From: Malacoraja senta
Taxonomy: Eukaryota
Reading direction: 5' to 3'
DNA length: 64,000 bases
Assembly (NCBI GenBank): GCA_038087875.1
Contig: CM075988.1
Coordinates: 17,610,001 to 17,674,000 of the forward strand
The notes beneath the pieces were generated by a model that was not told the origin of the DNA, did not search any database, and saw only the letters and a program-made list of their open reading frames with translations. Position 1 is the first letter of the stretch. Every line of letters begins with the position of its first letter. A program made the position numbers and the translations under genes. Positions 51,005 through 64,000 of this stretch are shown in pieces.

Positions 51005-51140
51005 ATGGTCATGGACGGATTGTCCGGGCAAACTACACCGCGGTCCCGTCCGGGTTGGCTTCTACGATATCGAGCGCACTCTGGGCAAAGGCAACTTCGC
51101 GGTCGTTAAGCTGGGCCGACATCGCATCACCAAGAGTGAG
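51005..51140 (+). CDS. SIK2: Salt-inducible kinase 2, coding exon 1 (apparent +1 frameshift after the second ATG)
   Basis: MVM-[frameshift][41 protein letters not shown], then the donor GAG|GTAAGT. It matches the SIK2 N-terminus (MVMADG...[32 protein letters not shown]). No later exons were recognised in the window. Confidence 0.88.
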
Positions 51141-53753
51141 GTAAGTCAGTGGACTACTCGTCTCCCCTCTCCCTTGTTTGGACGGTGGGCACAAATTCTG
51201 TGTGTGTAGGAAGGAGCTGCAGGCACTGGTTTACACCGAAGATAGACACACAATGCTGGATTAACTCAGTGGACCAGGGCAGGCAGGCAGGCAGCATCTC
51301 TGGAGAGAAGGAATGGGTGATGTTTCGGGTCGAGACCCTTCTTTAGATTGAGTGGCTTCAAATACTGTGCTCCTCAACACCCCCAGGTCGCACCCTTCTC
51401 CCCACAAAAATAATAACTTGGACCGAATTTTTGTGAGGAACTCCTTTGTGTTTTACTTTCAGAGCTGCGGTGTGTTCCGCTGTGCGGGCTGAGGGGTTGG
51501 GAGAGTCGGGCGGCGGGTGTGGAGAGAGGACCATGTTTGTCAGGAACACTTGTCCAGCGCGTAGGTTAGGTTAGGTTGTGGGTGCGAGAGCAGGAACACT
51601 CCCGGATCGTTTACACGTGTCAAATGGGAAATAGTCTCTTTATTTATCTATCATCCACACTGATGTTCGGCAGTTATTTGTGATTATTATCATTCTTTGG
51701 TTGCAGATCTACATGCAATAGAAGGTGCCTTTCAAAAAGCCTCTCAGTGATGAACGCGACACCTCATTAACCAAATGATATTTGCTTTTGAAGGACAATG
51801 CAGTAAAATATTAATAGTAATTTATTTTGGGGCGAAAACATTGCTTTCTAAATTTAATTTGGAAACATTGTATTTAAGATTGGGTTTAATGTAACCAAGT
51901 GTTACGTATTTTTTTTACCGCCAGGCTAAAGTCTTCTCTGTAATATAGGTGATGAGATAATCTGGTTCTCTTTCTCTAACAATGCGTCAGATGCAAATGC
52001 ATGGGGATTATTTTAAAGGCAAGAATGCACCTTGAGGGCAATGTATCCAATAAGTGGCTATTGTTCCAAGCATTGTGGAAATATTTCACTGTAGATGTGA
52101 GGTCCACTTCAGGCAAGTTGCAAATTTCTCTTTCAGGCGTAGCACGACTCGAGATTTCTTTGTGACAATTGGTTCCTTAACAGAGAGAGAAAAAAATGCC
52201 TTCGATTATGTGTAACCGAGCGAGTTGAAAAATAAAGGGATGACCTTTTTTTATAAAAGACGCCTTGATACTCTTTAGAACATTACATAAATGAACTTTG
52301 GAATGGTTGCACCGCAGGTTGGAAGGCAAACACGTAATTAGATGAGCGGGCTGAATTGATTTTCCGCTGGAATCTGGATGCCTGGGAGTTACATTAATGA
52401 AATTGCTACAGAAGCAAGAGGTGGATAAACTTGTGGAACACATTGGGGGTTGAGCTTTTAATTAAACCCCTTTTGAAAGTAAAATGGTTTTATCAAAATT
52501 TGTTTTTTTCACCTGGCCTTTGTACTATATGGTGCGGAATGGATTGAAGTAGGAATTTGAATTACATAAGCGTTTTGCACAGGGCATATAAAGGAAAATA
52601 TATTTAATAGGTTCACTGCGAAGCTGTTCAGGAATTAAAAGATTTGTTTTTAAAGGGTTATCACATGTCACCGGCACAAGTTTCTCCTAGACCTTCGTGT
52701 TTTGTTAAAGCTAGGATAACGCGAAGAGTATTTCAATGACATGACGAGAGGACTTTTCAGGCATCATATTTCGGCAGGTGACCGAGATGTAAAGCGTTTC
52801 CAATCATTGATTGTGGGGGGGGGGATTACTGGGATTTTCAAAAAGTTTGTAACACAATTCTCACTCAGCCCCAAGACGGACTTCCCTTTCGTTTAAAGAG
52901 TTGTACTCCAGAATATTAACAAGGTTATCATATTTTCCTTATGAAGTCAGTGACAAGCAAGTGCACATGGAGCAAAAGGAAATGTGTTCCTGATATCTGT
53001 TTCTAACAAAGAAAGGATTTTCGTTTTATTTCGATTTCAGCAATGCCAGCGTCTGAACCAAGGCCGGGGGATTCGATTTTAATTTCTACACTGGGGTTAA
53101 TGTTAAATTGCTGAGTGCAATATACAAGTTTAGTGCAGAAACAACCACCATGTGGCTAATATTTTGGTTGGGAGTTTTCTTGATCTTTGATATGTTTTGC
53201 CTTCTCCCTGTTGTGGTCAAATACATGGAATACATCAAAAGGGATATACGGGTTGCCACTGAAATGAACGGCAAATGAAACCCGAAATTAGAACTGCTGG
53301 AAGTATGAAATAAAAACTAGAAGTTGCTGGAAACACTCAGCAGCAGGTCAGGCAGTCTCTGTGGAAAGAGAAACGGGGTTAAGATTTCAGATCGGAGAGT
53401 TCTGACGAAGAGCCACAGATATTTCCAGCTTCTTCTGTATTTATAAGTGAAATGAACAGCATCGTCCTCAAAGAGGGTAAGAGTGGAAACATCCTATCAA
53501 AGTGCATTGTTGATGCGCAGCTCACGGGTACTACATACTTTCCTATCTACTCAAATCTAGCAATTGTCAGGCGACTGCGATAAGGAACAGTCAAGAGTGT
53601 TTAATTGTAAGGTGCACTGACAACTGGACAATTCAATTCTTACTTGCAGTAGCATAACAGATCTGTAAACACAATACTCATAGATAATATATAATAAACA
53701 AAAAAATAACACTAGCAATACTAGTGCAAAAAAAGCCCAAAGTCCTTAGACCG

Positions 53754-54045
53754 AACATCACCCTGGCCACACTCTCATTTCACTCCGACCATGAGGAAGA
53801 AGGTTGAGATATCTTAAAGGAGTCTGAAAACTATGACCACAAAATTCAAGAATAGCTTCTTCCCAATAACCATCAGGCTCTTGATTGTTCATGTCTGTGC
53901 GTGTTGTGTAGTGTTCAATAGCCTGATGGTTATTGGGAAGAAGCTATTCTTGAATTTTGTGGTCGTAGTTTTCAGACTCCTTTAAGATATCTCAACCTTC
54001 TTCCTCATGGTCGGAGTGAAATGAGAGTGTGGCCAGGGTGATGTT
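53754..54045. repeat. 126-bp near-perfect inverted repeat with 40-bp spacer, within a minus-strand Rex-like LINE remnant (~53590-54220)
   Basis: 53754-53879 is the reverse complement of 53920-54045, with one mismatch seen. Confidence 0.9.
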
Positions 54046-54224
54046 GGTCCTTGATGATGTTGGATGCCTTCTTGAGGCAGCCCCCCTGATAGATTCATCT
54101 GAAGATGGGGAGTTCAGTACTAGTGATGGACCAGGCAGTGTTTACCACTTTATGTAATCTCATTTGAGCGTTTGAGTTGCCAAACCAGGCCATGATGCAA
54201 CCAGTCAACATGTTCTCTACTTTT

Positions 54225-54505
54225 TAGTGTAATTTAGAGATATTGTGTGGAAACAGGCCCTTCGGCCCACCGAGTCCACGCCAACCAGCGACTCTCCGCA
54301 CATTAACACTATCCTAAAAGCACGAGGGACAATTTACATTTATACAAAGCCAATCAACCTACAAACCTGTACATCTTTGGAGTGTGGGAGAAAACCAAAG
54401 AACCTGAAGAAAAACCAATGGGGTCACGGGGAGAACATACAAACTCCATACAGCCAGCACCCATAGTCTGGATCCAACACGGGTCTCTAACGCTGCGCCA
54501 CCATG
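54225..54505 (-). mobile_element. V-SINE copy
   Basis: Reverse complement of the V-SINE architecture. Confidence 0.65.
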
Positions 54506-55335
54506 CCGCATGCTGCCCCGCACCGAACATGTAAAAGTTCAAGAGAGTATTCGTCGACATACCGAATCTCCTCAATATTTTAAGGAAGTAGAGGCGTTGA
54601 TGGGATTGCTTGCATCAATGTGATGTGCCTAGGAGAGATCTTCAGAAATGGTTGATGTTGTTGGCTCTCCAACCTGGTGATGAAGACAAGTTTGTGGATC
54701 CTTGGCTTTTCCCTTCTCAAGTCAACAATCAGATATATCCCTAGTCTTGCTGACATTGAGAACATGATGGTTGTTCTGGCACCATTCAATCAGATTTCCA
54801 ATCTCCTTCCTATACTTTGACTGCTTATTACCTGTTATTCTCCAACTCCTGTGCTGATGGTTATCGAGGAGGAGGTGTTGTTGCCAATTCGTACTGATTT
54901 GGTCTGCCTATGAGGAAGCCGAGGATCAAGTTGCATAGGGATGAACAGAGTTGCAGTTCCCCGAGTTTGATAACAAGTTGATGATGGTATTGAACGCCGA
55001 GATGTTGTAGCTGAACAACACCTCGACGTTCCATCACAGAGTGGAGAGCCAGCAAGTTGGTGTCCCCTTTTGAACTGTTGTGGTGCAATATTGCAGAGGT
55101 GTTGGTATTGGAGAAGGGACCCTTCTTCAGACTCATTGGAGGGGGGGAATTCAATGTTCATACCGCTGGGTGGTAAGCTACCCAAGCAGAATATGAGGTG
55201 ATTTTCCTCCAGTTTGTGCATGGCTTCTCACTGGCAATGGAGGAGGCCCAGGGCAGACATGTCAGTATGGAAAAGGAGGAGGAGTTAAAATTGTTAGCAA
55301 CCAGGCGATCCAATTGGCCTTGGCGGATTGAGCGG
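54505..55335 (-). mobile_element. Rex1/Babar RT remnant (54505-55070) and Penelope GIY-YIG C-terminal fragment (55117-55335)
   Basis: LCSSLCNLILGFLIGRP, RRFGMSTNTLLNFY and KLEENHLIFCLGSLPPSGMNIEF. Confidence 0.65.
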
Positions 55336-55640
55336 CAGGTTCCAGATCTGAGTTATTGCGGAGGTTAGGTGGGCTTGGACTTTATCGTTTAGAGTGAAGG
55401 GGACTGTGATAATCTTATATAGATGTAAAGAAAAGGATTGTAAAGCTCAGGAACTATATGGATGATGAGATTTGTTGTAAATTTAGTAAAACATATGTAA
55501 GGTAAAATATTGAACAGGGCTCTTGAGGAATATGGGAAGCAGGAGAGAATTGAAACAAGGAATCAGTTGGGCTAAAATAAGTAATAAAATATCCTAAGCG
55601 CATAGAACTAAGAAAATTTTCAACGTGTTTTATATATATA

Positions 55641-56382
55641 TACTAGACCAAGTGGGACCCGTTGGGCCCTGTCTCCCAACTCAATAAACCACCACTTTCC
55701 CATAGCCCTCACGGGAAGCCTGGTCCCTCAACGCAACCCGTTGCCCAACATAAGATTCCAAAACTCACACATTGGGTCCCTGTCACACGGGAGGCCTGGT
55801 CCCCCAACGCAACCCGTTCCCCAACGCAATATTGCACCACTAACCCATAGCCCCCATGGGAGGCGTGGTCCCCCAACTGAAGCCGTTCCCGAACTAACGA
55901 TTCCAGCACTCCCCTGCCTGCCGCAGCAGTTCCAATTGCAATACCAATTCGCCCTCCCCCTCCTGTTGAAGCACTTGCTGTGATATCCCATTGAGGTAAA
56001 AAGTTCACAGTGTTCCTGTATTGCAACTTTGTATTGAAGTGTGTTGGAAGCTGGCAGGAAGGATTTTAAGAGTAAAAATCTTGTTAATGTTGGCATTTTC
56101 AAAGCTTTAATTATCAATGACTTGTAAAATATAGCATCATCACTGGAAACTCCTGGAAAAAGGCTATCTGTGAGAAGCTGCGGTTACCGTTGGCAACATC
56201 CCATTGTGATGTCATTGTGGCACTCGGCAGCTTGAAATCTTAAGTAAACCTGAGTACGGCATGTAGAGGAAAAATGTGTTAGAATATGTAAAATTTTAAG
56301 CGCTAGCGCATAGCATTTTGAGGAAGATACAAAACATACATGCACACACACGCACACAAGATGAGACCTTTGGTATATAGAT
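55641..56382 (+). mobile_element. Helitron/Helentron-like non-autonomous element with internal ~60-65 bp tandem repeats
   Basis: Starts TACTAGACC with a GGGACCC..GGGCCC subterminal hairpin, has repeated GGGAGGCCTGGTCCCCCAACGCAACCCGTT units, and ends in (CA)n...TATATAGAT. Confidence 0.45.
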
Positions 56383-56597
56383 TGATAGCTAGAGGGTTGC
56401 TAGGTAAAGGGTAGGACTACAAGAAGAAAACAAGGACATTTATACCTGGAACCAGAGGAAGTGAGCAAGATACTAAACAAGTAGGTACTATAACAACATA
56501 TAAGACATTTGGACAATAGATGGTTTACAAAGGCTTAGAGGGATATTGGCCAAACCCAGGCAAATGGGACTGCCATAGCTTGTGCATCAATGACTGT

Positions 56598-57190
56598 CCT
56601 CTCCCCTTTATTTCCCCTCTTCTTTCCTTATCCCACTCTCTTCTTCTTACCCCAATAATTCCTTTCCCGCCTATTCCTCTCTGCCCCTATTCCTCCCCCC
56701 TCTCATCTATCCTCTCCTTCCTTCCCCATTCCCACCCCACCTCTGTCTCACCGCTTCCATTTCCCTTTCTGCTGCTTTTCTTTCTCACAATCTCCCACAT
56801 TCGTTAATTCTCCTTTCCTTCCTCTTCTCTCCTCACCATCCCCTCAAAGCTTTTCTCCTCCCTACCTCCTTCCATTCAATTTCCTGTCTTTCCCTCTCCC
56901 CTTCATTTCCTCTTCCTTCTACCATGCTCTCTCGCTCTTTCTCCTTCTAAGCTTCCCTCTCTGTTAATTTATTTCTTCCTCCTCCTCTTCACGCTCTTTT
57001 CTAAATTCCTTTAGCTTCCTCTCCCTCATAATAGCCTCTGTTTCCATCCTTCCTCTCCCCTCCTCCCGAGGCTGCTACAGCCACATTCTCAGAACAACTA
57101 ACCTAGGGGCAGTGCACAAATTCCTCTTCTGTGCTTCCAGCCTTGACCCTTCTTGCAACCCTCCCCCATTCCTCCTTCTCTCCTCTTCTC
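56598..57190. repeat. CT-rich polypyrimidine low-complexity tract
   Basis: About 600 bp almost devoid of G. Confidence 0.8.
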
Positions 57191-59225
57191 ACCAGACGAG
57201 GACAGAGGAGGAGGGTTAAGGTGGTGGGGGGGAGATTAAAGTGGAGAGGGGGGGGGAGACAAACATTTGTAGCCTCATTTGAAAATTGTCAGTCTCGGTA
57301 TCGGAAATCTCAGTGTCAGTACTTGTATTTGACCCCAAGTTCGGGGTATAAAATAAAGCATACTGCATATAGCCTCTTCAACAATAAAACCATGAAATTG
57401 TTGGCTTTTAATATTTTTTGTTGAAGTTAAGACACGAATAATGTTAACTATAAAACTGTAATTTAGCATGACTTTGAGATCTTATTTGGATGAATCCGAG
57501 GTTTTATATTTTTTTGTATTTAAAGATTTTTGACTTCTGGTGATTGATTTTTGTTAAAAAAAAAGTCCTTAAATATCGCGCTAAATGACTGCGGGGCTGT
57601 TGGACCTTGGAATAAGGGAGCGCCCCTCACTCCACGCCACTAAAGTGTATCAGCTGGTGAGAGGAGATCGGAAACAGGACACTGCACGTTTCTGTAGAGG
57701 CTGATCTTTTATACACAGTCCCTTATTGTCCAAGTTCTTTGTTCCTTTCTGTATCTTCTAAACAACAATACTAAATGCTCCTTCCCGCAGACTCTCATAT
57801 TCAAACGCTGCCCGAGTCCCCGCTGTGAAAAGTGGCTGGAGGTGGGAGTGAAGGCACTCAAAAGATTCTTCCATTGATTGCGTTTTTTGTTGTGTTGCCC
57901 GGGGGGCGTTGGTAGGGGGGTGCAGCCCCAGGATTAGGGGCAAATTCAACAGTACACATCCGGCTGCCCCAAGGTCCAACCACCGGATGTCCCGGCTGGT
58001 TATATAAATAGTCAGTTGAAAATATTTGTAGAGTTAAAAGCGAAATAATTGCTTTTGTCATTGTCATAACCCAGTAGAAACAAATTTGCATATAAATTTA
58101 AAACATGCCACTTTAAAATTCTGTTAGGATGTTTTGTAGATCCAATGGAAGGTACATGATTAATACAAGACATTACACCGACATTTTGCAAATTCATGGA
58201 ATTATAGATGCGTGGTGCTGTGTCTATGTCTATGAAGCTCTTTGAAATATTTCCAAAATATGACCCTGCTGCTACGTTGAAATATATCAATCAGACGGTG
58301 CCATTGAATCTTTGCTAAAAAGTCTGTTACGAATCCCGCGTCCTGCGCGCAATTCGCCAGTCGGCACAGGGGAGGAATATGCTTCTGTTCCAATAAGGCT
58401 CTTGTTTTTCATCATTTTATGTTTGCACGGGTTAAAAGTTCAAGTAAAAAAGTCAGTTCCGTCACGTGGCGAACTCAAGACCGAGGATGACAAATTGTTT
58501 AAAATGTGTCCACTAACAACCCAAGCTTGCAGCGCACCAGGATCAAGCAGCCGGCAAGATCGACTTAGAATATAGTTTGATGCATTAACAAATAGGCCGT
58601 TTGAAAAATAACGTGTTACTGAATTAAATGTCGCTCTCAGTGCTGATTAGTGAGCGTTGTGCCTGGAACAGTGATTTAGAGATTAGGCAGTTTGTTCATC
58701 GTTCATTGATTTCGTTTATATATTGATTTAGTTACGTGTTTTAGCTGGTGCTTAATCTGATTTGAAATATGCACATATACTTTAACATCATACATTTAAG
58801 AGTGGCTTAATTTTTCAGAAGCCATCTGTGCCAATTTCTTTTTAAAAATACATTTAATTAGAACTAGTCTTTCGATGTTCTTCTAAAAACTGTGTAAACC
58901 ATGAAAAAAATGAAGGGATGTGTGGTAGGATGGTCAGCATCAGTGAAAGACCTCAGGCTTAAACCAATATGGTATTTTGTAAGTTCTTACTAATCAAGAA
59001 TCTGTCAAGGAAGGAACTGCAGATGCTGGTTTAAACCGAAGATAGACACAAAAAGCTGGGGTAACTCAGCAGGACAGGCAGCATCTCTGGAGGGAAGGAA
59101 TGGGTGACGTTTCGGATTGAGACCTAACAAGGGTCTCGACCTGAAACGTCACCCAATTCTTCTCTCCAGAGAGGCTGCCTGTCCCGCTGAGTTATTCCAG
59201 CATTTTGCATCTAAGAATCTGTCAA

Positions 59226-60590
59226 TCTCCGCTTTATAAAATATCCAATGACGACCTCTATAGCTGTCTGGCAATATATTCCACATTCTCTCACAAAAGA
59301 AATTCCTCATCATCTCATTTCTAAAGATATGTCCATTGATTCTGAGGCTGTGCCTTCTGATCCTACACTCCTGCATTACTGGAAATATTCACTCTAGGCC
59401 TTTCACTATTCAGTAATTTTTATAAAGTTCCCACTCATCCATCTAAACTCCAGCAACTACAGGCCTAGGACCATCAAACGCTCATCATACGTTAACCTGA
59501 TAATTCCTGTAAACCACCTCTGGCCCCTCTCCAGCACTAACGCATCCCTCCTCATAAATAGGGCCCAAAACTGCTCGCAATACTCCAAACGTGGCTGACC
59601 AGTGCCTTATCAATACTACATCCCTGCTTTTATATTCTAGTCCACTGAAAATGAATGCTAACATTGCATTTGCCTTCCTTACAATTGATTCAACTTGCAA
59701 ATTAACCGTTTGAGAATTCTGCACCAGCACTCTCAAAGCCCTTTGCATCTCTGATTTCTGAATCCTCTTAATATTTAGAAAGTAGTTTATGCCTTTATTC
59801 CTACTACCAAAGTGCATGACCGCACACTTTCCTACCCTGTATTCCATTGCAACTTCTTTGCCCATTCTTCCAACCTGTCCAAGCTCTTCTTCGCTCCCTG
59901 CTTCCTCTGCACTACCTGCCCCTCCAATTATCTTTGTATCATCCACGAACTTGGCCACAAAGTCATCAATTCCAAATCATTAATATACAATGTGAAAAGT
60001 TGCAGACTCAACACCGATGTGTGCAGAACACCATTAGTCTCTGGCAGCCAACCAGAAAAAGCCCCCTTTATTCCCACTCCTTGCCTTCTGCCATTCAGCC
60101 AATCTTCTATCCATGCTAGTACCTTCCTTATAATACCATGGGCTTTCATCCTGTTTACCAGTCTTTTGTGTGGCACCTTATCAAAGGTCTGCTGAAAATT
60201 CAAGTAAACAAGGGTCCCTACCTGAAACATGACCCATCCTTTTTCTCCAGAGATGCTATCTGCGGTTACTCCAGCACTTTGTGTTTATCTTTGGTATCAT
60301 TCACTGACTCTCCTTTGTCTATCCTGCTATTTTCTCCATCAAGAGTTCCAACAAATTTGTCAGGCAAGATCTCCCCTTCATAAAAGGATGCTGACTTCGG
60401 CCTATTTTATCATGTGCTTCTATGTACTCAGAAACGTAATCCTTAATAATGGACTCTAAAATCTGACCAACCACTGAAGTTCCCCTCTTTTGCCCCGCTC
60501 CCTTGTTGAACAGTGGAGTAACATTTGTAATTTTCCAGTTCTCTGGGACCACACCTGATTCTAGTGATTCTTAAAAGATCACTACTAATG
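59226..60590 (-). mobile_element. CR1 LINE RT remnant in SIK2 intron 1
   Basis: VPENWKITNVTPLF, GRSCLTNLLE, FDKVPHKRL, AKFVDDTK and VRKANAML. Many frameshifts. Confidence 0.85.
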
Positions 60591-61599
60591 CCAGCATCAA
60601 GTTATCTTCATAATCTTCCTCCCCACTTCCAGATACCACACCAATTAGGCCATCACTACCTGTGCCATGTCCAAAATCAGCTACATTGGTACAAACTAGG
60701 AATCAGATCTGGTCTATAGCTCAGTTGCCTTCTGTGTTCACTTGGCTGCTGGAACAAAATGCAACACCTCGTCCTGATATAAACTAATACTGGCTGCATT
60801 GCTTTATTGAACAATACTGTTGGCTCTGTTGCAATGCGTGGTGAATGGGCAGGAATAAGTTACAAAAGTAGCACTATGGTAACCCTATCCTGTTTTGAAA
60901 TCTGAAGATATCATTTGCACTAAGGACTATAGCCTTTGAACAATATGTCTTGGTATTGGGTAATTATTGTCACGTGTATTGAGATACAGTGAAAAACATT
61001 GTTTGGCATCTATCCAGGCAGATCATACCATACACCAGTACATCAAGGTAACGTTGAAAAGAAAAAGAAACAGAGTGCAGAATATAGTATTACAACTGCA
61101 GAGAAAGTGCAGTTAAAACATGTGCAAGGGCCACAATGAGATAGTGAAGATGTGAAACGTCCATTCAAGAGTCTAATAACAGTGAGGACGAAGGTATTCT
61201 CGAATCTGGTGGTACCCGCTTTTAACCTTTTGTATATTCTGACTGGGAGAGAAGTCAAGGATACAGTTGCAGAGGGTAGTGCCGAGTCCTAATTCCAGGA
61301 GTTTGCAGATACGTTTGGCAGGAATTATTGAAAGATTTAATAGGAACTTGTGGTGCAACCTTTTCCACGCAGAGCATGTTAAGCATCTGGAATGAGCTGC
61401 CAGAAGTGTAGTGGTTGGTGCAGGTAGAATAACATTTAAAATACGTTTGGACAGGTACAAGGATAGAGAGGATTTGAGCAATATGGGTCAACCACAGACA
61501 AATGGAACTCGTTCAGATGGGCACATAGTTAACATGGACAAGTGATCTGAAGGGTGTGTTTCCATGCTACTAATTGTATGGTCTTACCTGTATGTTCTC

Positions 61600-63300
61600 C
61601 AGCATTCGGCATTTCACCCTGAGAAAATGATTCAGTCTGTGACCCTATCTATGTCTCTCATAACTTTATGAACTTCCATCAGCTCTCCTCTCAGCCTTTC
61701 ATGATCAAGCGCAAGCAATCCAAGTTTTTCCAACTTTTCCTTATAGTTAATATACTCTAATCTATGCAGCACACTTGTAAACCTCTTTTATACCCTCTTC
61801 ATAGTCTCTATATCTTTCCTGTAATGGGGCAACCAAAATTGCACACAGTGATTAAAATGCAGTCTAACTAACGTTTTATACAGCTGGAACATGACTTTTT
61901 CAATCTTATACTCGATGCCTTGACCAATAAAGTCATATCATAGCACCTCTTTATCACTGTAGCTACTTGTGCTGCTACTTTCAAGGAGCTAATGTTCAAT
62001 GGTTCTTTATTGTTAGATGTATCGAGGCGCAGTGTCATTTTTTTTTGCATACAGTTCAGTAAAGTATTACTTTAATTAAGCACAATCTTAGATTAAGTAC
62101 AAAGTGTAGAGAAATGGCCCACTGAAACAATGTCCGAATCACCAAGTTTTGGCGCCATTATCAAAGTCCAAATTGCTTTGGGTGCAGCTGGCCATAAAGG
62201 CCCGTTGACCTGACGGCGTTGCTGGGTTGGACTTGGACTCCAGAATCTCTCTGTGCATCAATGTTGTTCAGGCACCTGCAATTAACTGTTTACTTTCTCC
62301 TTGTATCTGACCTCCCAAAATGCAATACCATACCAGATTAAACTCCACAGGCCAATTCTCTTCAAATATCTGTTGCTGATCTATATCCTGCTGAATCCTT
62401 TGGCAGATTTCCTTATTGTCTGCAATTCCACCTATGTTTGTGTCATCTGCAAAGTTAATAACCAAACCATATACATTTATGTCCAAGTCATATGACAACC
62501 ACAGAGGTCCCAGCATAGATCGTTACGGAACAACACTGGTCATGAAACTCTACCCAGAATGCCACCCTTCCACACAACGCGCTTTCATCCTTGAGTAAAC
62601 CAGTTCTGAATCGAAATGACCAACAGTGCAGAGAAGATTTACAAGGATGTTGTCAGGACGTGAGGGCCTGAGCTATCGGGAGAGGATGGGCAGGCTATGA
62701 CCTTTTACCTTGGAGCACATAAGGATGAGGGGTAATCTTATAGAGGTGTATAAGATCATGAAAGGAATAAATAAGGTAAATGCCCATCTTTTACCAAGGA
62801 TAAGGGTATCAAGAACCAGGCGACATAGGTTTAAGGTGAGGGGAAAGATTTAATAGGAACCCGAGGGGCAACATTTTCACACAGAGGTTGGTGAGTGTAT
62901 GGAACGAGCTGCCAGAGGAGGCAGTTGAGGTAGGTACTATAACAGTATTTAAAGGGTATTCAAACAAGTACATGGACAGAAACGGTTGAGTGGGATATGG
63001 GCCAAACGCAGGCAAGTGGGAGTAATGTAGATAGGGTATCTTGGCCAAAGGGCCCATTTCTGTGCTGTATGTGTCTACGACTCTGTCACCAGAGATCTCA
63101 CGTATCTTAACCTTCTGGATCAGCCTATCATGAGAGACTTTATCAAATGCCATACCAAACTCCATGTAGCGAACATCCCCTACCCTACCCTAATCAATCA
63201 TCTTTGTCACCTCCTCAAAATACCCATTCAAGTTTGTAAGATATGATTTGTCCCACATATAGTTGACTTTCCTCAAGTACCCCATTCTCTACCCAATGTG
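61600..63300. mobile_element. Nested CR1 LINE remnants in both orientations
   Basis: The minus strand carries NFADDTNIGG and AFDKVSHDRLIQKV. A + strand CR1 3' end at ~62625-63085 is inserted inside. Confidence 0.65.
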
Positions 63301-64000
63301 AGTAATTGACATTTGGATCTTGCTGCTAGATGAGCTGGTGGTAGCATATACAGTCACTAAACTAAGAGGAACTTGGACAAGCACGTGACTAGTCAAGACA
63401 TAGAAGTGGGCAAATGGGATTTCTGTTGATGTGCCGAAGGGCCCATTTCTGTGCTGTACACCTCAATGACTCTTCAATTCCACGGCTTTGATTGGTCTAG
63501 ACTGTTGCAGATACCCTGAGTGGCTGCATTTGGCTGTCTTCACTCAAGACTCACAGAGTATAATGCACCAATGTGATGTGAGAAATATATTTTTTTGCAA
63601 GAACATAAATGTAGCATAGTATTTCCAAACTGCCTGGGGCAGAGAGAGAAGCTAGTTTCAGTATTATCTATAATTCACACAGTTCATTCTCCTTTATGGT
63701 CCATGCACTTATCTTACTGAAGGATCTTTTTGAGGTCTCCACTTGCTCTCCCTCCTTCAGAACATCAGTCTGTTATCTTAAGTAAAGATTAAGAAAGGCT
63801 CATAAAATATTGGAATAAAGTTGCATAGTTGGCATGTGTTCAACAAAATAGTCTTGTTTTTTTTATATAGTTGAAGGTCACCACGTGTGCCCAAATCTTG
63901 ATTTCTGAAGATAGTATTATGTTTCACTGAGTAACGTAGGTATCTTAATACAGTTTTAAAGCTGGTGAATATATGGTGTCACAGAATAGAACTTATTGGC

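Noticed and set aside
57075..58610. CpG-richer block in SIK2 intron 1, possibly a DNA transposon or enhancer
   Set aside because: No TIRs, TSD or coding similarity found by eye.

Overview
This is a repeat-rich vertebrate window. The V-SINE, Deu-SINE, CR1 and Penelope content points to a cartilaginous fish, probably a skate or ray (inference). It holds three host genes on the + strand: a Gig2-family ADP-ribosyltransferase-like gene with ISRE motifs upstream (2149-2649); an atypical three-coding-exon Kir3/GIRK-family potassium channel (16685-22545); and the CpG-rich promoter and first coding exon of SIK2 (51005-51140), which has an apparent 1-bp frameshift. The rest is mostly CR1, Rex1/Babar and Penelope-like retroelements, V-SINEs, a full-length but decayed hAT transposon with TIRs and an 8-bp TSD, Helitron-like non-autonomous elements and a 200-N gap. 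The most notable observation is three short TSD-flanked retroposons with AAG-type tails from two distinct families (46979-47116; 12845-13012 and 42325-42485). Each starts exactly at G1 of a compact HDV-like ribozyme fold, and the helices covary between the families. Many Penelope-derived mini-elements also carry a minimal hammerhead-like core. All calls were made by eye, with no database searches or folding software.
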